Notes: generated by a model from the letters alone, not told the origin. Numbered from the stretch's first letter, positions 1 through 8,128 are shown. The stretch is DNA of 24,007 nucleotides from Clostridia bacterium (GCA_045532135.1 JAZSFI010000078.1:1-24007), one strand, 5' to 3'. Made by a program: numbers and translations.

Positions 1-558
1 GCAAGGAAGAAACGCCCTTGAGTTGATTCGTCCAACCTCAATAATTTCAAGCACAAACACCGCCGCCGTTACAGGCGTTCCGAAAAGGGCAGAAAACAGC
101 GCCGCCATACCGCACAATTCGAAAATGCGTCTGGAATCGGATTTCGGATGCGTAAGATCGCCAACCCATGCGCCGATGGATCCGCCAAGCTGCAAGGCCG
201 CGCCTTCCCTGCCCGCAGAGCCGCCCAAAAGATGTGTAAGGGTCGTTGAAACAAAGATTGCCGGCGCCATCAAAAACGGCACATGCCCCTGCGTGCGCAC
301 GGTTTTAATGATCTCATCTGTTCCGATGGACAAAGGAAGCTTCATCAATCTGTACATAAGCGCAATGATCAGACCGCCCGCCGGCAGAAGCCAGATCAAA
401 AAATCGTGATGCGTTCTTATATGCGTAGCCTTTTCAATACAGATGGCGAATAACGCGCCGACTACGCCCAGAAGCGCGCCGATCAGAATGCCCGTAAGCA
501 TCCACCGAAAAAACGCCCACAGATAAAGGAAAGAAGAATGAATCTGCCTTTTAATCAC
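1..558 (-). CDS. ClC-family (EriC/SycA-like) chloride/fluoride channel or antiporter, N-terminal part (truncated by window edge)
   Basis: Not in the ORF track as a full ORF; manual translation from GTG at 558 (RBS-like AAGAAGGG upstream) is open to base 1: VIKRQIHSSF...LLPAGGLII...GTDEII...HLLGGSAGREGAALQLGGSIG...CGMAALFSALFGTPVTAAVFVLE. GSAGREG and FGTP are ClC signatures. Confidence 0.9.
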   Translation of the reverse strand, partial: MIKRQIHSSFLYLWAFFRWMLTGILIGALLGVVGALFAICIEKATHIRTHHDFLIWLLPAGGLIIALMYRLMKLPLSIGTDEIIKTVRTQGHVPFLMAPAIFVSTTLTHLLGGSAGREGAALQLGGSIGAWVGDLTHPKSDSRRIFELCGMAALFSALFGTPVTAAVFVLEIIEVGRINSRAFLPC

Positions 559-749
559 ATGTAACCCTTCTTTATATTGATTCGATAAAGGAAACGGATG
601 CAACCGAGCCGCATTCGCCTGCGTTTTTGATTCCCAACTGAGAAATGCTTTCTTCTGCTCATTCGAATTTCGAACAGGACATTTCTGAATGATTTATCCA
701 AAACACGCCTTCATATGCGTAACTCCGCATAAACCCAACTCACCGCGCT

Positions 750-778
750 ATTATACCACCCGATCTGTTAAGCATCAA
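750..778 (-). promoter_or_regulatory. Sigma-A-type promoter for the ClC gene
   Basis: Minus strand TTGATG-N17-TATAAT with extended -10 (TGG-TATAAT); implies a ~185-nt 5' leader. Confidence 0.75.
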
Positions 779-805
779 GCGCAATTCGGTTTCATACTTG
801 GGTAC

Positions 806-845
806 AAAAAAATAAGCCGCTGCGGATTTTTGCTAATGCAGCGGC
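806..845 (-). terminator. Rho-independent terminator of the DUF697-like gene
   Basis: 8-bp stem GCCGCTGC/GCAGCGGC (816-823/838-845) followed on the minus strand by TTATTTTTTT, ~35 nt after the stop at 879. Confidence 0.75.
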
Positions 846-878
846 GTAAAAATCAGATTCATATTCGCTTTGGCTCAA

Positions 879-1358
879 TCAATAATTCATATACAGCGCC
901 ACGATATCCTTGACGCTTAAAAAGCCCATAACGGTACTTCCGAACATATACTTGATGGAGTCCGACAGCGTGTCAAAGTTTACGCTGCCGCCTTTGAAGA
1001 TTCGCGTAAGGGTGATGGCAAAACGGTAGGTAAAAATGATATTCTGTAATGAAGAAAGCCCCATGGCCGCAATCGTGCCCGCGCCGGGGATCAAATGGAA
1101 CAGTCTCGTTGCCGTTTTGCAGCCGAGATAGTATCCGCCCATTCCGAGAAGCGCCGTGGAACAGATCTTTTTTGCCGCTTCCCTGTCCATTTCAACTCCA
1201 TAGTGCTTTGCATACTTTACAAGCAGAAAACCCCACCAGCCGGCAATGGACGCAACGTCCGCAGTCGTTGAAAATGCGCCGATCGTTCCCAGTAAACCCG
1301 TCTGCACGATTGCCAGTTTTACGCTGCCTCTGAGCGTCTCAGGAATTTCCATTGCCAT
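879..1358 (-). CDS. DUF697-like small membrane protein (stand-alone)
   Basis: 159 aa, RBS GAGGATGAGAGT-ATG; pattern ADVASIAGWWGFLLVKYAKHYGVEMDREAAKK...LIPGAGTIAAMGLSS...TYRFA resembles DUF697/YcjF-type helices. Confidence 0.6.
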   Translation of the reverse strand: MAMEIPETLRGSVKLAIVQTGLLGTIGAFSTTADVASIAGWWGFLLVKYAKHYGVEMDREAAKKICSTALLGMGGYYLGCKTATRLFHLIPGAGTIAAMGLSSLQNIIFTYRFAITLTRIFKGGSVNFDTLSDSIKYMFGSTVMGFLSVKDIVALYMNY

Positions 1359-1427
1359 ACTCTCATCCTCTTTTCCGTATTGATTGAACGTTCGCTGAAA
1401 ACCGCTTGTCTTTGCTTCATTGGCTTA

Positions 1428-1436
1428 ATGATACCA
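1428..1436 (-). promoter_or_regulatory. Possible extended -10 promoter for the DUF697-like gene
   Basis: Minus strand TGG-TATCAT ~70 nt upstream of the ATG; no convincing -35. Confidence 0.35.
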
Positions 1437-1511
1437 CACCCGTTTTCGTTTCTTTTTTTCTGTTTCCGGACATGTTTTCGCCGCCTGTTTCAATTCAGAT
1501 TTCTCCAAGTC

Positions 1512-1540
1512 TTGATACGTTAAAGCAAACATGCTATAAT
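1512..1540 (+). promoter_or_regulatory. Sigma-A-type promoter for the GNAT-EamA-AT3-hydrolase operon
   Basis: TTGATA-N17-TATAAT with extended -10 TGC, immediately before RBS AAGGAAG. Confidence 0.8.
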
Positions 1541-1562
1541 CTTTTAAAAGGAAGTGATTTTT

Positions 1563-1994
1563 TTGATCGTTACATATTCCGAAGAACGGATTCAAAAATA
1601 TGAATACATTGAATTTTTAAAGCGCACGGATCTTGGAAGCCAGTATCCCAAGGAGCGGTTTGATGAGAGAATCGACCGTCTTTTGAAAAATGCACCCGTC
1701 AGCCTTACCGCAAGAGACGAAAACCAGCGTCTGATCGGTGCAATACTTGGAATCACGGATTTTGCCTACTGGCTTTTTATCACCGACCTCGGCGTAGACC
1801 GTTCCTATGTTCACAAGGGCATCGGAAAAACGCTCATGCAAAAGGCGCTGGATCTTGCCGGCGGAGCGAACGACATCATTATGTACACCTGCGCAAATGA
1901 AAACGCCGTAGGCTTTTATGAAAAGTTCGGCATGCAGAAAGCGGAGGATATAATGGTTTTCAGCCGCGTTGAATGGACGCCGTTTACCGTATAG
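1563..1994 (+). CDS. GNAT-family N-acetyltransferase
   Basis: Acetyl-CoA motif A LGVDRSYVHKGIGKTLM and NENAVGFYEKFGM; probable TTG start at 1563 (RBS AAGGAAG), alternative GTG at 1554. Confidence 0.9.
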   Translation: MIVTYSEERIQKYEYIEFLKRTDLGSQYPKERFDERIDRLLKNAPVSLTARDENQRLIGAILGITDFAYWLFITDLGVDRSYVHKGIGKTLMQKALDLAGGANDIIMYTCANENAVGFYEKFGMQKAEDIMVFSRVEWTPFTV

Positions 1995-2015
1995 ATAATG
2001 AGAGGTATACATCAG

Positions 2016-2882
2016 GTGAAGAAAAACGAAATCATGCTCTCACTTTCCATGGCGATTTTCGGAACGATCTCGCTGTTTGTCAAATCCATTCCGCTCTCTT
2101 CGGGAGAAATCGCATTGTTCCGCGCGCTGCTTGCGCTTGTTTTGATCGGCGGCTATCTGATCGCATCCAAAAAGCCGTTCATGCTTCGCGAAATCAAAAA
2201 GGCGCTGCCGGTTCTGTTTCTTTCCGGCGCAGCAATGGGCGTTAACTGGATCCTTCTTTTTGAGGCATACGATTACACAAGCGTCTCCATCGCGACTTTA
2301 AGCTATTATTTCGCGCCGGTCATTGTCACATTGGCCTGTCCCATATTGTTTAAAGAAAAGCTCACCAAAAAGCAGCTCCTGTGCTTTCTGATGTCCACGC
2401 TGGGGCTTATTCTGATTATCGGCGTATCCGGCTTCGGCGAAGGCAAAAGCGACATAAAGGGAATTTTACTGGGGCTTGGCGCAGCGTTTTTCTACGCAAC
2501 CGTAATCCTGCTCAATAAGTTCACCAAAGGCGTTTCGGGCATTCACAGAACGTTTATACAGTTTTCATCCGCAGCGCTCGTTATTCTCCCTTACGTGCTT
2601 TTCACAAGCGGAATCAATGTTTTCACTTTAAACGCAACGGGCGGTTTATCGCTTCTTGTGGTGGGACTTGTTCATACCGGGATCGCTTACATTATGTATT
2701 TTTCTTCGCTGAAAGAGCTTTCCGGACAAAATGCCGCAGTATTAAGCTATATCGATCCTTTGATTTCCGTCGTCGTTTCGGTCTTGATATTAAAAGAAGC
2801 CATCACGCCCTTTCAGATTGCAGGCGGCGTGCTGATTCTGGTATTCACCTTATTAAATGAGCTTTCGCTCTCAAAGCGATAA
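2016..2882 (+). CDS. EamA/DMT-family transporter
   Basis: ~10 hydrophobic helices in two repeats; SIATLSYYFAPVIV and AAVLSYIDPLISV motifs; probable GTG start after GAGAGGT (ORF track starts 1998). Confidence 0.9.
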   Translation: MKKNEIMLSLSMAIFGTISLFVKSIPLSSGEIALFRALLALVLIGGYLIASKKPFMLREIKKALPVLFLSGAAMGVNWILLFEAYDYTSVSIATLSYYFAPVIVTLACPILFKEKLTKKQLLCFLMSTLGLILIIGVSGFGEGKSDIKGILLGLGAAFFYATVILLNKFTKGVSGIHRTFIQFSSAALVILPYVLFTSGINVFTLNATGGLSLLVVGLVHTGIAYIMYFSSLKELSGQNAAVLSYIDPLISVVVSVLILKEAITPFQIAGGVLILVFTLLNELSLSKR

Positions 2883-2921
2883 CAATGAAAATCACTTGCA
2901 TTAACGTCATTCGGAGGAATT

Positions 2922-3956
2922 ATGGAAAAACGCATGCCGTGGGCGGACGCGCTTAGGGGCGCTCTTATCCTGATGATCGTGTACGGCCATACCGCCTCAA
3001 ACGGCGATTGGCTCAAGCACTATGTGTATTCGTTCCATGTCGCCGCGTTTTTCTTTTTGTCGGGTTTTTTGTTTTCGAAGGGAAAAAGCGGCTTTAAAGC
3101 GTTTATCAAAAAGAAATTTTTCGCTCTCATGATCCCTTACTATATTTTTTCCATAATCAGTATCGTGATTTTCAGTCTTTTAGGCTCGTTTGCATCGGAT
3201 CAGCTGGACGTAACGATCAAGCACAGCGAGGTATATAAAAACGTACTGGGCATGCTGTACGCAAGCGCGGTGGAAGGCTACATGAAGTGGAATCTGCCGC
3301 TCTGGTTTCTGCCGTGCATGTTTGTAACCCAGCTGATGGCCTATCCCATTTCGGATTTCGTAAAAAAATATATTCGAAAAAAACGCATCTTTGCGCCGCT
3401 TCTCATCCTCTTGTCTTTCGTTCTTCCCTTCCTTGACTATTTCGTTTTCCGCATCCGCGCGCTGCCCTTCCATCTGGAATCGGCCGTGTTTCTGATGCCG
3501 TTTTTCTTACTTGGTCTGTGTCTTCGCCAAATCGATTTGCATCCGCGCCCGGACACAATGAAAAAATGGGCTTTGTGCATTTTCCTCCTGTTGTCCGGCG
3601 CTGTGAGCGCATGTTTTTTGAACTCCCGCGTCAATTACTTTCTTTCGTCCTACGGAAAAATCCCCGTTTTCTATCTGTCGGCGATTTTGTCAGTTTTGGG
3701 CATATATATGCTGTTTCAGCGTATATCCAATCCATTGTTATGCCTTGTCGGTCAAAACACGCTGCCCATCTTGCTTATGCATAAATTTCCCGTCGTGTTT
3801 TTCCAGATTGCGCTTTCGCCTCTTTTTAAAAGAAGCGGACCGATCCATATGCTTTCAGCCGTTCTGATTGCATGTATCAGTGTTTTTCTTTGTCTCGTTG
3901 CATCAAAGATTCTCGAAAAATACGCCCCTTTTATGATCGGAAAACAAAACGCATAA
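2922..3956 (+). CDS. Acyltransferase family 3 (AT3) membrane O-acyltransferase, no SGNH domain
   Basis: WADALRGALILMIVYGH, FHVAAFFFLSGFLF and LWFLPCMF are AT3 motifs; RBS GGAGG. Confidence 0.9.
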   Translation: MEKRMPWADALRGALILMIVYGHTASNGDWLKHYVYSFHVAAFFFLSGFLFSKGKSGFKAFIKKKFFALMIPYYIFSIISIVIFSLLGSFASDQLDVTIKHSEVYKNVLGMLYASAVEGYMKWNLPLWFLPCMFVTQLMAYPISDFVKKYIRKKRIFAPLLILLSFVLPFLDYFVFRIRALPFHLESAVFLMPFFLLGLCLRQIDLHPRPDTMKKWALCIFLLLSGAVSACFLNSRVNYFLSSYGKIPVFYLSAILSVLGIYMLFQRISNPLLCLVGQNTLPILLMHKFPVVFFQIALSPLFKRSGPIHMLSAVLIACISVFLCLVASKILEKYAPFMIGKQNA

Positions 3957-3976
3957 TGTTTGTCAGGAGGATGTTT

Positions 3977-4750
3977 ATGGAAAACAAGGTTGTATTGGTG
4001 CTTGTGGACGGTATGCGCCCCGATGGTGTTTTTAAGTGCGGTCACCCTTATGCAAAAACGCTCAAGACGCTTTCTTCCTGGTCGATGAACGCCAAAACAG
4101 TCATGCCTTCGGTGACGCTTCCCTGTCACATGTCGCTTTTTCACTCCGTGAATCCCGACCGCCACGGCGTGACCACCAACACCTATGTCCCGCAGGTTCG
4201 CCCGATTGAAGGCCTTTTTGACCGTCTGGACAGATTTGAAAAAAAGTGCGCGTTCTTTAACACCTGGGAAGAATTGCGCGATCTTTCAAGACCGGATCAT
4301 CTTCACACATATCTTTGCATCAATCAGCATAAGCAGGAGGATACCGACACCAAAATTGCTTTAGCCGCGATCGACTATATTAAAATGGAAAACCCTGATT
4401 TCACGTTTATATATCTCGGCGAAACAGACGAAGTCGGCGGGCACTCGGTCGGCTGGATGAGCGAAGCCTATCTCTCTTGCGTAAACAAAGCTTTTGCCTG
4501 CATTCAGAAAATCCATGAAAGCCTTCCTGACAACTATACGCTTATTGTCACAGCCGACCACGGCGGCCACGACAGAAGCCACGGAACCGATATGCCGGAG
4601 GACATGACCATTCCGGTCATGCTTTCTGGCGCATGTTTTGAAAAAGACAAGGAGCTTCAAAATGTGTCCATCAAGGACATCGCGCCCACAATCGCAAAGC
4701 TTTTAAACGTCTCCCCTGCAAAGGAATGGGAAGGCGCGCCTCTTTTCTGA
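3977..4750 (+). CDS. Alkaline-phosphatase-superfamily hydrolase (type I phosphodiesterase/nucleotide pyrophosphatase-like), probably cytoplasmic
   Basis: DGMRPD, PSVTLPCH (Thr nucleophile position), DEVGGH, TADHGGH metal-binding motifs; RBS AGGAGG 6 nt before ATG 3977; no signal peptide apparent. Confidence 0.88.
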   Translation: MENKVVLVLVDGMRPDGVFKCGHPYAKTLKTLSSWSMNAKTVMPSVTLPCHMSLFHSVNPDRHGVTTNTYVPQVRPIEGLFDRLDRFEKKCAFFNTWEELRDLSRPDHLHTYLCINQHKQEDTDTKIALAAIDYIKMENPDFTFIYLGETDEVGGHSVGWMSEAYLSCVNKAFACIQKIHESLPDNYTLIVTADHGGHDRSHGTDMPEDMTIPVMLSGACFEKDKELQNVSIKDIAPTIAKLLNVSPAKEWEGAPLF

Positions 4751-4772
4751 TACGACTCATTCACACCATGAT

Positions 4773-4797
4773 AACGCCCCTCGAAGGGCGTTTTTTT
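4773..4797 (+). terminator. Rho-independent terminator
   Basis: Stem AACGCCC/GGGCGTT with 6-nt loop followed by T-run, 22 nt after the stop. Confidence 0.8.
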
Positions 4798-4966
4798 CAT
4801 GTTCCCGGCTTATTTCCGACCGATTCAGTCAGAATTGTAAAGAAATTTCTCTACATATTAATATCTTGTTTTTGGGGCAGGAATCATTCGCGAATGCGTC
4901 GAATTGGAACAATGCTTACATTTTGCAGCCGAGTGCATTTGCGCCATCGGAGAAAGGAGCTTCGCA

Positions 4967-6487
4967 TTGTCCCACCGCCAAAATTTCTACGAAAAATTCA
5001 GAGAAGCCGCCATGTCGGTCATACCGATCGTGGTTATCGTGCTTGCCCTGTCGCTCACGGTTGTTCCGATATCGCCTGATCTGCTCCTGTCGTTCCTTTT
5101 AGGCGCGGTGCTGCTCACCATCGGCATGGGACTGTTCACCGTCGGAAGCGAAGTTTCCATGACGCAGATCGGTACGCAGATCGGCTCTCACCTGACGAAA
5201 ACCAAGAATCTCAGGCTCATCTTAATCGTGAGCCTTCTTTTGGGTATCGCAATCACCGTTGCAGAACCCGATCTTCAGGTGCTTGCCGCCAACGTTCCCA
5301 ACATCAATACGCTCGTTCTGATTATCACCGTAGCCATCGGCGTCGGCCTTTTTCTGATGGTGAGCATGCTGCGTATTTTATTCAAAATCCCCTTGCGCTG
5401 GCTCCTTATGGCGATGTACGTCGTTGTATTTATTCTGGCTTTTTTTACCGATCCCAATTATCTTTCCGTTGCCTTTGACTCCGGCGGCGTAACCACAGGT
5501 CCCATGACCGTCCCCTTCATTCTCGCGCTGGGTGTCGGCGTTGCCACCATCCGAAGCGACGAAAACGCGCAGATGGACTCTTTCGGTCTTGTTGCACTGT
5601 GCTCCATCGGTCCGATTCTGGCGGTACTCATTTTGAGCTTTATCTATAAAGACGCTCCCGATGCAGCGAGTGCTTCCGTCATTCACGTGCACGAAACCAC
5701 TGTCGGGCTCGGAAAGCATTATCTAACCTCGCTGCCTACCTATATTGGCGAGGTTGTGATGGCGCTTCTTCCGATCGTAGTATTTTTCCTGATTTTCCAT
5801 TTCGTGTCTTTAAAGCTTCGAAAAGTTCCGTTTATGCGCATTGTTCTGGGTCTTATTGTAACGTGCGCAGGTCTGGTTCTTTTCCTTCTGGCAGTAAACG
5901 TCGGATTCTCATCATTGGGGCATGTGCTTGGTGAAAAGCTTGCAGAACCCCATCTTAGATTCCTTCTGATCCCGATTTCGATGATTATGGGCTGGTTTAT
6001 CATCAATGCCGAACCTGCTGTCGCTGTTTTGAACAAGCAGGTGGAAGAACTGAGCGCAGGCGCAATTTCCGGCAAAGCAATGAATTATTCCCTCGCAATC
6101 GCCATTGCCATCGCAAACGGCCTTGCAATGCTTCGCGTAATCACGGGCATATCGATTCTCTGGATTATCGTTCCCGGTTACGCCATCGCGCTGATTCTTG
6201 CTTTCTTCGTGCCTCAGACCTTTACGGCCATCGCGTTCGACTCCGGCGGCGTTGCTTCCGGACCTCTGACCGCTACCTTCATGCTTCCCTTCGCTATGGG
6301 CGCCTCTGCCACTATCGGCGGTAACGTTATGACGGATGCATTCGGTCTTGTAGCGCTGGTAGCCATGATGCCGCTTTTATCCGTTCAGCTTATGGGACTT
6401 ATCTACGTTATTAAGACGCGTAAAGCGCAGCATACCATCGAAATCCCGTTCGCCGAAGACGAAATCATCGAGCTTTGGGAGGTGTAG
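4967..6487 (+). CDS. DUF1538-family membrane protein with two internal repeats
   Basis: Very hydrophobic 506 aa; repeated motifs AEPDLQVLA/AEPAVAVLN, AFDSGGVTTGPMT/AFDSGGVASGPLT, FGLVALCSIGP/FGLVALVAMMP; probable TTG start after RBS AGAAAGGAG (ORF track starts 4904). Confidence 0.85.
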   Translation: MSHRQNFYEKFREAAMSVIPIVVIVLALSLTVVPISPDLLLSFLLGAVLLTIGMGLFTVGSEVSMTQIGTQIGSHLTKTKNLRLILIVSLLLGIAITVAEPDLQVLAANVPNINTLVLIITVAIGVGLFLMVSMLRILFKIPLRWLLMAMYVVVFILAFFTDPNYLSVAFDSGGVTTGPMTVPFILALGVGVATIRSDENAQMDSFGLVALCSIGPILAVLILSFIYKDAPDAASASVIHVHETTVGLGKHYLTSLPTYIGEVVMALLPIVVFFLIFHFVSLKLRKVPFMRIVLGLIVTCAGLVLFLLAVNVGFSSLGHVLGEKLAEPHLRFLLIPISMIMGWFIINAEPAVAVLNKQVEELSAGAISGKAMNYSLAIAIAIANGLAMLRVITGISILWIIVPGYAIALILAFFVPQTFTAIAFDSGGVASGPLTATFMLPFAMGASATIGGNVMTDAFGLVALVAMMPLLSVQLMGLIYVIKTRKAQHTIEIPFAEDEIIELWEV

Positions 6488-6488
6488 T

Positions 6489-7169
6489 ATGGAACTCAAT
6501 CTTGTCATTGCCATCGTTGACCGCGATAAGCGCGAGATGCTTGAAAAAATATCTGAGAGCATTAATGTCCCCCTCTCCCTGATCAGCTTGGGGCGCGGCA
6601 CCGCAACGGATGAGCATCTGTCTTTGTACGGCCTGGCTGCAACAGAAAAGGCTGTGTTATACGCCGTAGCCAACCAGGAAAAAACCGCGCGCCTCATGCG
6701 TGCATCCAAAATCCGCCTGTTTGTTGACATCCCGGGCAACGGCATCATGTTGTCCATTCCGATTAAAAGCGTAGGAGGAGGCCGCACCATGGCATATCTT
6801 ACCGAAAACTGCACGTCCGGAGGCGAAACACCCAAAATGACTTTTGAACACGAACTGATTTACGTCATCTTAAACGAAGGCCATTCCGATATGGTCATGA
6901 ATGCGGCAAGAAGCGCAGGCGCAACCGGCGGCACCGTTATGACCGCCAAGGGAACCGGCGTTAAACAGGGCGAAAAATTCATGGGGATCACCTTGGCAAG
7001 CGAGCGCGACGTCGTTTTAATCGTTGCCAAAAGCGACGTCAAATCCCAGATTATGAAGGCCATCATCGAAAAATGCGGCATCGGAACGCCCGCCGGCGCT
7101 GTCTGCTTCTCCCTGCCTGTTTCCGAAATACAGGGCCTGCATTCCAAAAATGAGGATGCGGAAATTTAA
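6489..7169 (+). CDS. Tandem two-domain P-II (GlnB-like) superfamily protein
   Basis: Two ~100-aa repeats: LVIAIVD...LGRGTA...EKAVLYAV...PGNGIMLSIPI and LIYVILN...AAGATGGTVMTAKGTG...ERDVVLIV...PAGAVCFSLPV; starts 1 nt after the DUF1538 stop with RBS GGAGG. Confidence 0.85.
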   Translation: MELNLVIAIVDRDKREMLEKISESINVPLSLISLGRGTATDEHLSLYGLAATEKAVLYAVANQEKTARLMRASKIRLFVDIPGNGIMLSIPIKSVGGGRTMAYLTENCTSGGETPKMTFEHELIYVILNEGHSDMVMNAARSAGATGGTVMTAKGTGVKQGEKFMGITLASERDVVLIVAKSDVKSQIMKAIIEKCGIGTPAGAVCFSLPVSEIQGLHSKNEDAEI

Positions 7170-7195
7170 GCAAACGGCAAAATGTACTTTTGATG

Positions 7196-7235
7196 AAAAA
7201 TGCAGCTGCAGGCAAAATCTGCAGCTGCATTTTTT
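7196..7235. terminator. Bidirectional rho-independent terminator between convergent P-II-like gene and spoIIP
   Basis: 16-bp perfect inverted repeat AAAAATGCAGCTGCAG / CTGCAGCTGCATTTTT, 7-nt loop, A/T runs on both sides. Confidence 0.85.
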
Positions 7236-8097
7236 ATGTTTCAGTCAGCACACTTTCAAGCGCATCGGCAAGATACGGCATTGCGTCTATTGCCTGGTCA
7301 ATGCTATTTTGGTTGTGACCGACTTCAATCAGCAATGATTTTTCCGACAGATGCTGGTTGTATCTTCCGTCTTTCACCATGACGGGTCTGCACAGCCCCG
7401 GAACCGATTCGTTGATTTCCCCGGTCAGAAGCGTTGCAAGAGCGTAGTTTTCAGTATAATGCATTTCATCATCAAAGCCCTTACCGTTTCCGACCAAACA
7501 CATAAGCCGCGCAAAATCGCCCGCCTCCGTTTTCAGGCTGAACGGATTTCCGCTTGAATCCTTGTAATATGCATCCCTGTGAAGATCGATAAAAACATCA
7601 ATTTCTCCAATGTATTTTTCCATCGTCTGAAGCGATCTCGTATATGCCGTTGAAAGATCCGATAGCTCATGATCGGTTGTATCGTGAATAACGGTAAACC
7701 CACGTTCCGTCAGAAGACGCGCAAGCTCTTCGCCAACTCTGACAATATTGTACTTGTTGTTTTTCGTGCGCCATGCCGAGGTTTCAATATACTCGTCCTC
7801 CGCTTTTTTCTCATATGCTTCGTGCGTATGCGTATGGTAAATTAGAATTTTCAGGTCTTTTTTCTCTTTTCCGACAATTTCCACCTTTACTTTTTCGGCT
7901 TCAACCGGCGCAAAAATGGCGGAAGCGGAGACGTTTACTGCCTCCGCTTCCCATACCGTTTCACGTATTTTATTTTCTTTTGTTGTATTCCTCTCGTCTT
8001 TAAATCCGAATGCGACGATCAGAAGTACCGTGATCAGAACCACAGCTGCAACGCCCATAAGCAAATGCGATGCGCGAACCACATGAATGCGAACCAT
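7234..8097 (-). CDS. spoIIP: Stage II sporulation protein P (peptidoglycan amidase/endopeptidase)
   Basis: N-terminal TM anchor; ILIYHTHTHEAY, NIVRVGEEL, AYTRSL, IDLHRDA, GRYNQHL, LLIEVG motifs. Confidence 0.92.
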   Translation of the reverse strand: MVRIHVVRASHLLMGVAAVVLITVLLIVAFGFKDERNTTKENKIRETVWEAEAVNVSASAIFAPVEAEKVKVEIVGKEKKDLKILIYHTHTHEAYEKKAEDEYIETSAWRTKNNKYNIVRVGEELARLLTERGFTVIHDTTDHELSDLSTAYTRSLQTMEKYIGEIDVFIDLHRDAYYKDSSGNPFSLKTEAGDFARLMCLVGNGKGFDDEMHYTENYALATLLTGEINESVPGLCRPVMVKDGRYNQHLSEKSLLIEVGHNQNSIDQAIDAMPYLADALESVLTET

Positions 8098-8128
8098 CTA
8101 TCCACATCCCTTCGGAATCATTCTCTTC

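Noticed and set aside
23-409. 128-aa plus-strand ORF
   Set aside because: Antisense shadow of the ClC gene, which has clear family motifs on the minus strand.
559-749. Fluoride (crcB) riboswitch upstream of the ClC gene
   Set aside because: Could not find the GAUG…GUUC / AAAC / GCU.AUGAC core; reported only as an unexplained leader.
689-913. 74-aa plus-strand ORF in the intergenic region
   Set aside because: No RBS, no recognisable motif; spans the minus-strand promoter and terminator.
3872-3976. N-terminal extension of the phosphodiesterase ORF overlapping the AT3 gene
   Set aside because: Strong AGGAGG RBS points to ATG 3977; the extension is an open-frame artefact.
4800-4966. c-di-AMP (ydaO) or other known riboswitch before DUF1538
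   Set aside because: No recognisable conserved core and the leader is short; an Rfam scan would be needed to exclude it fully.
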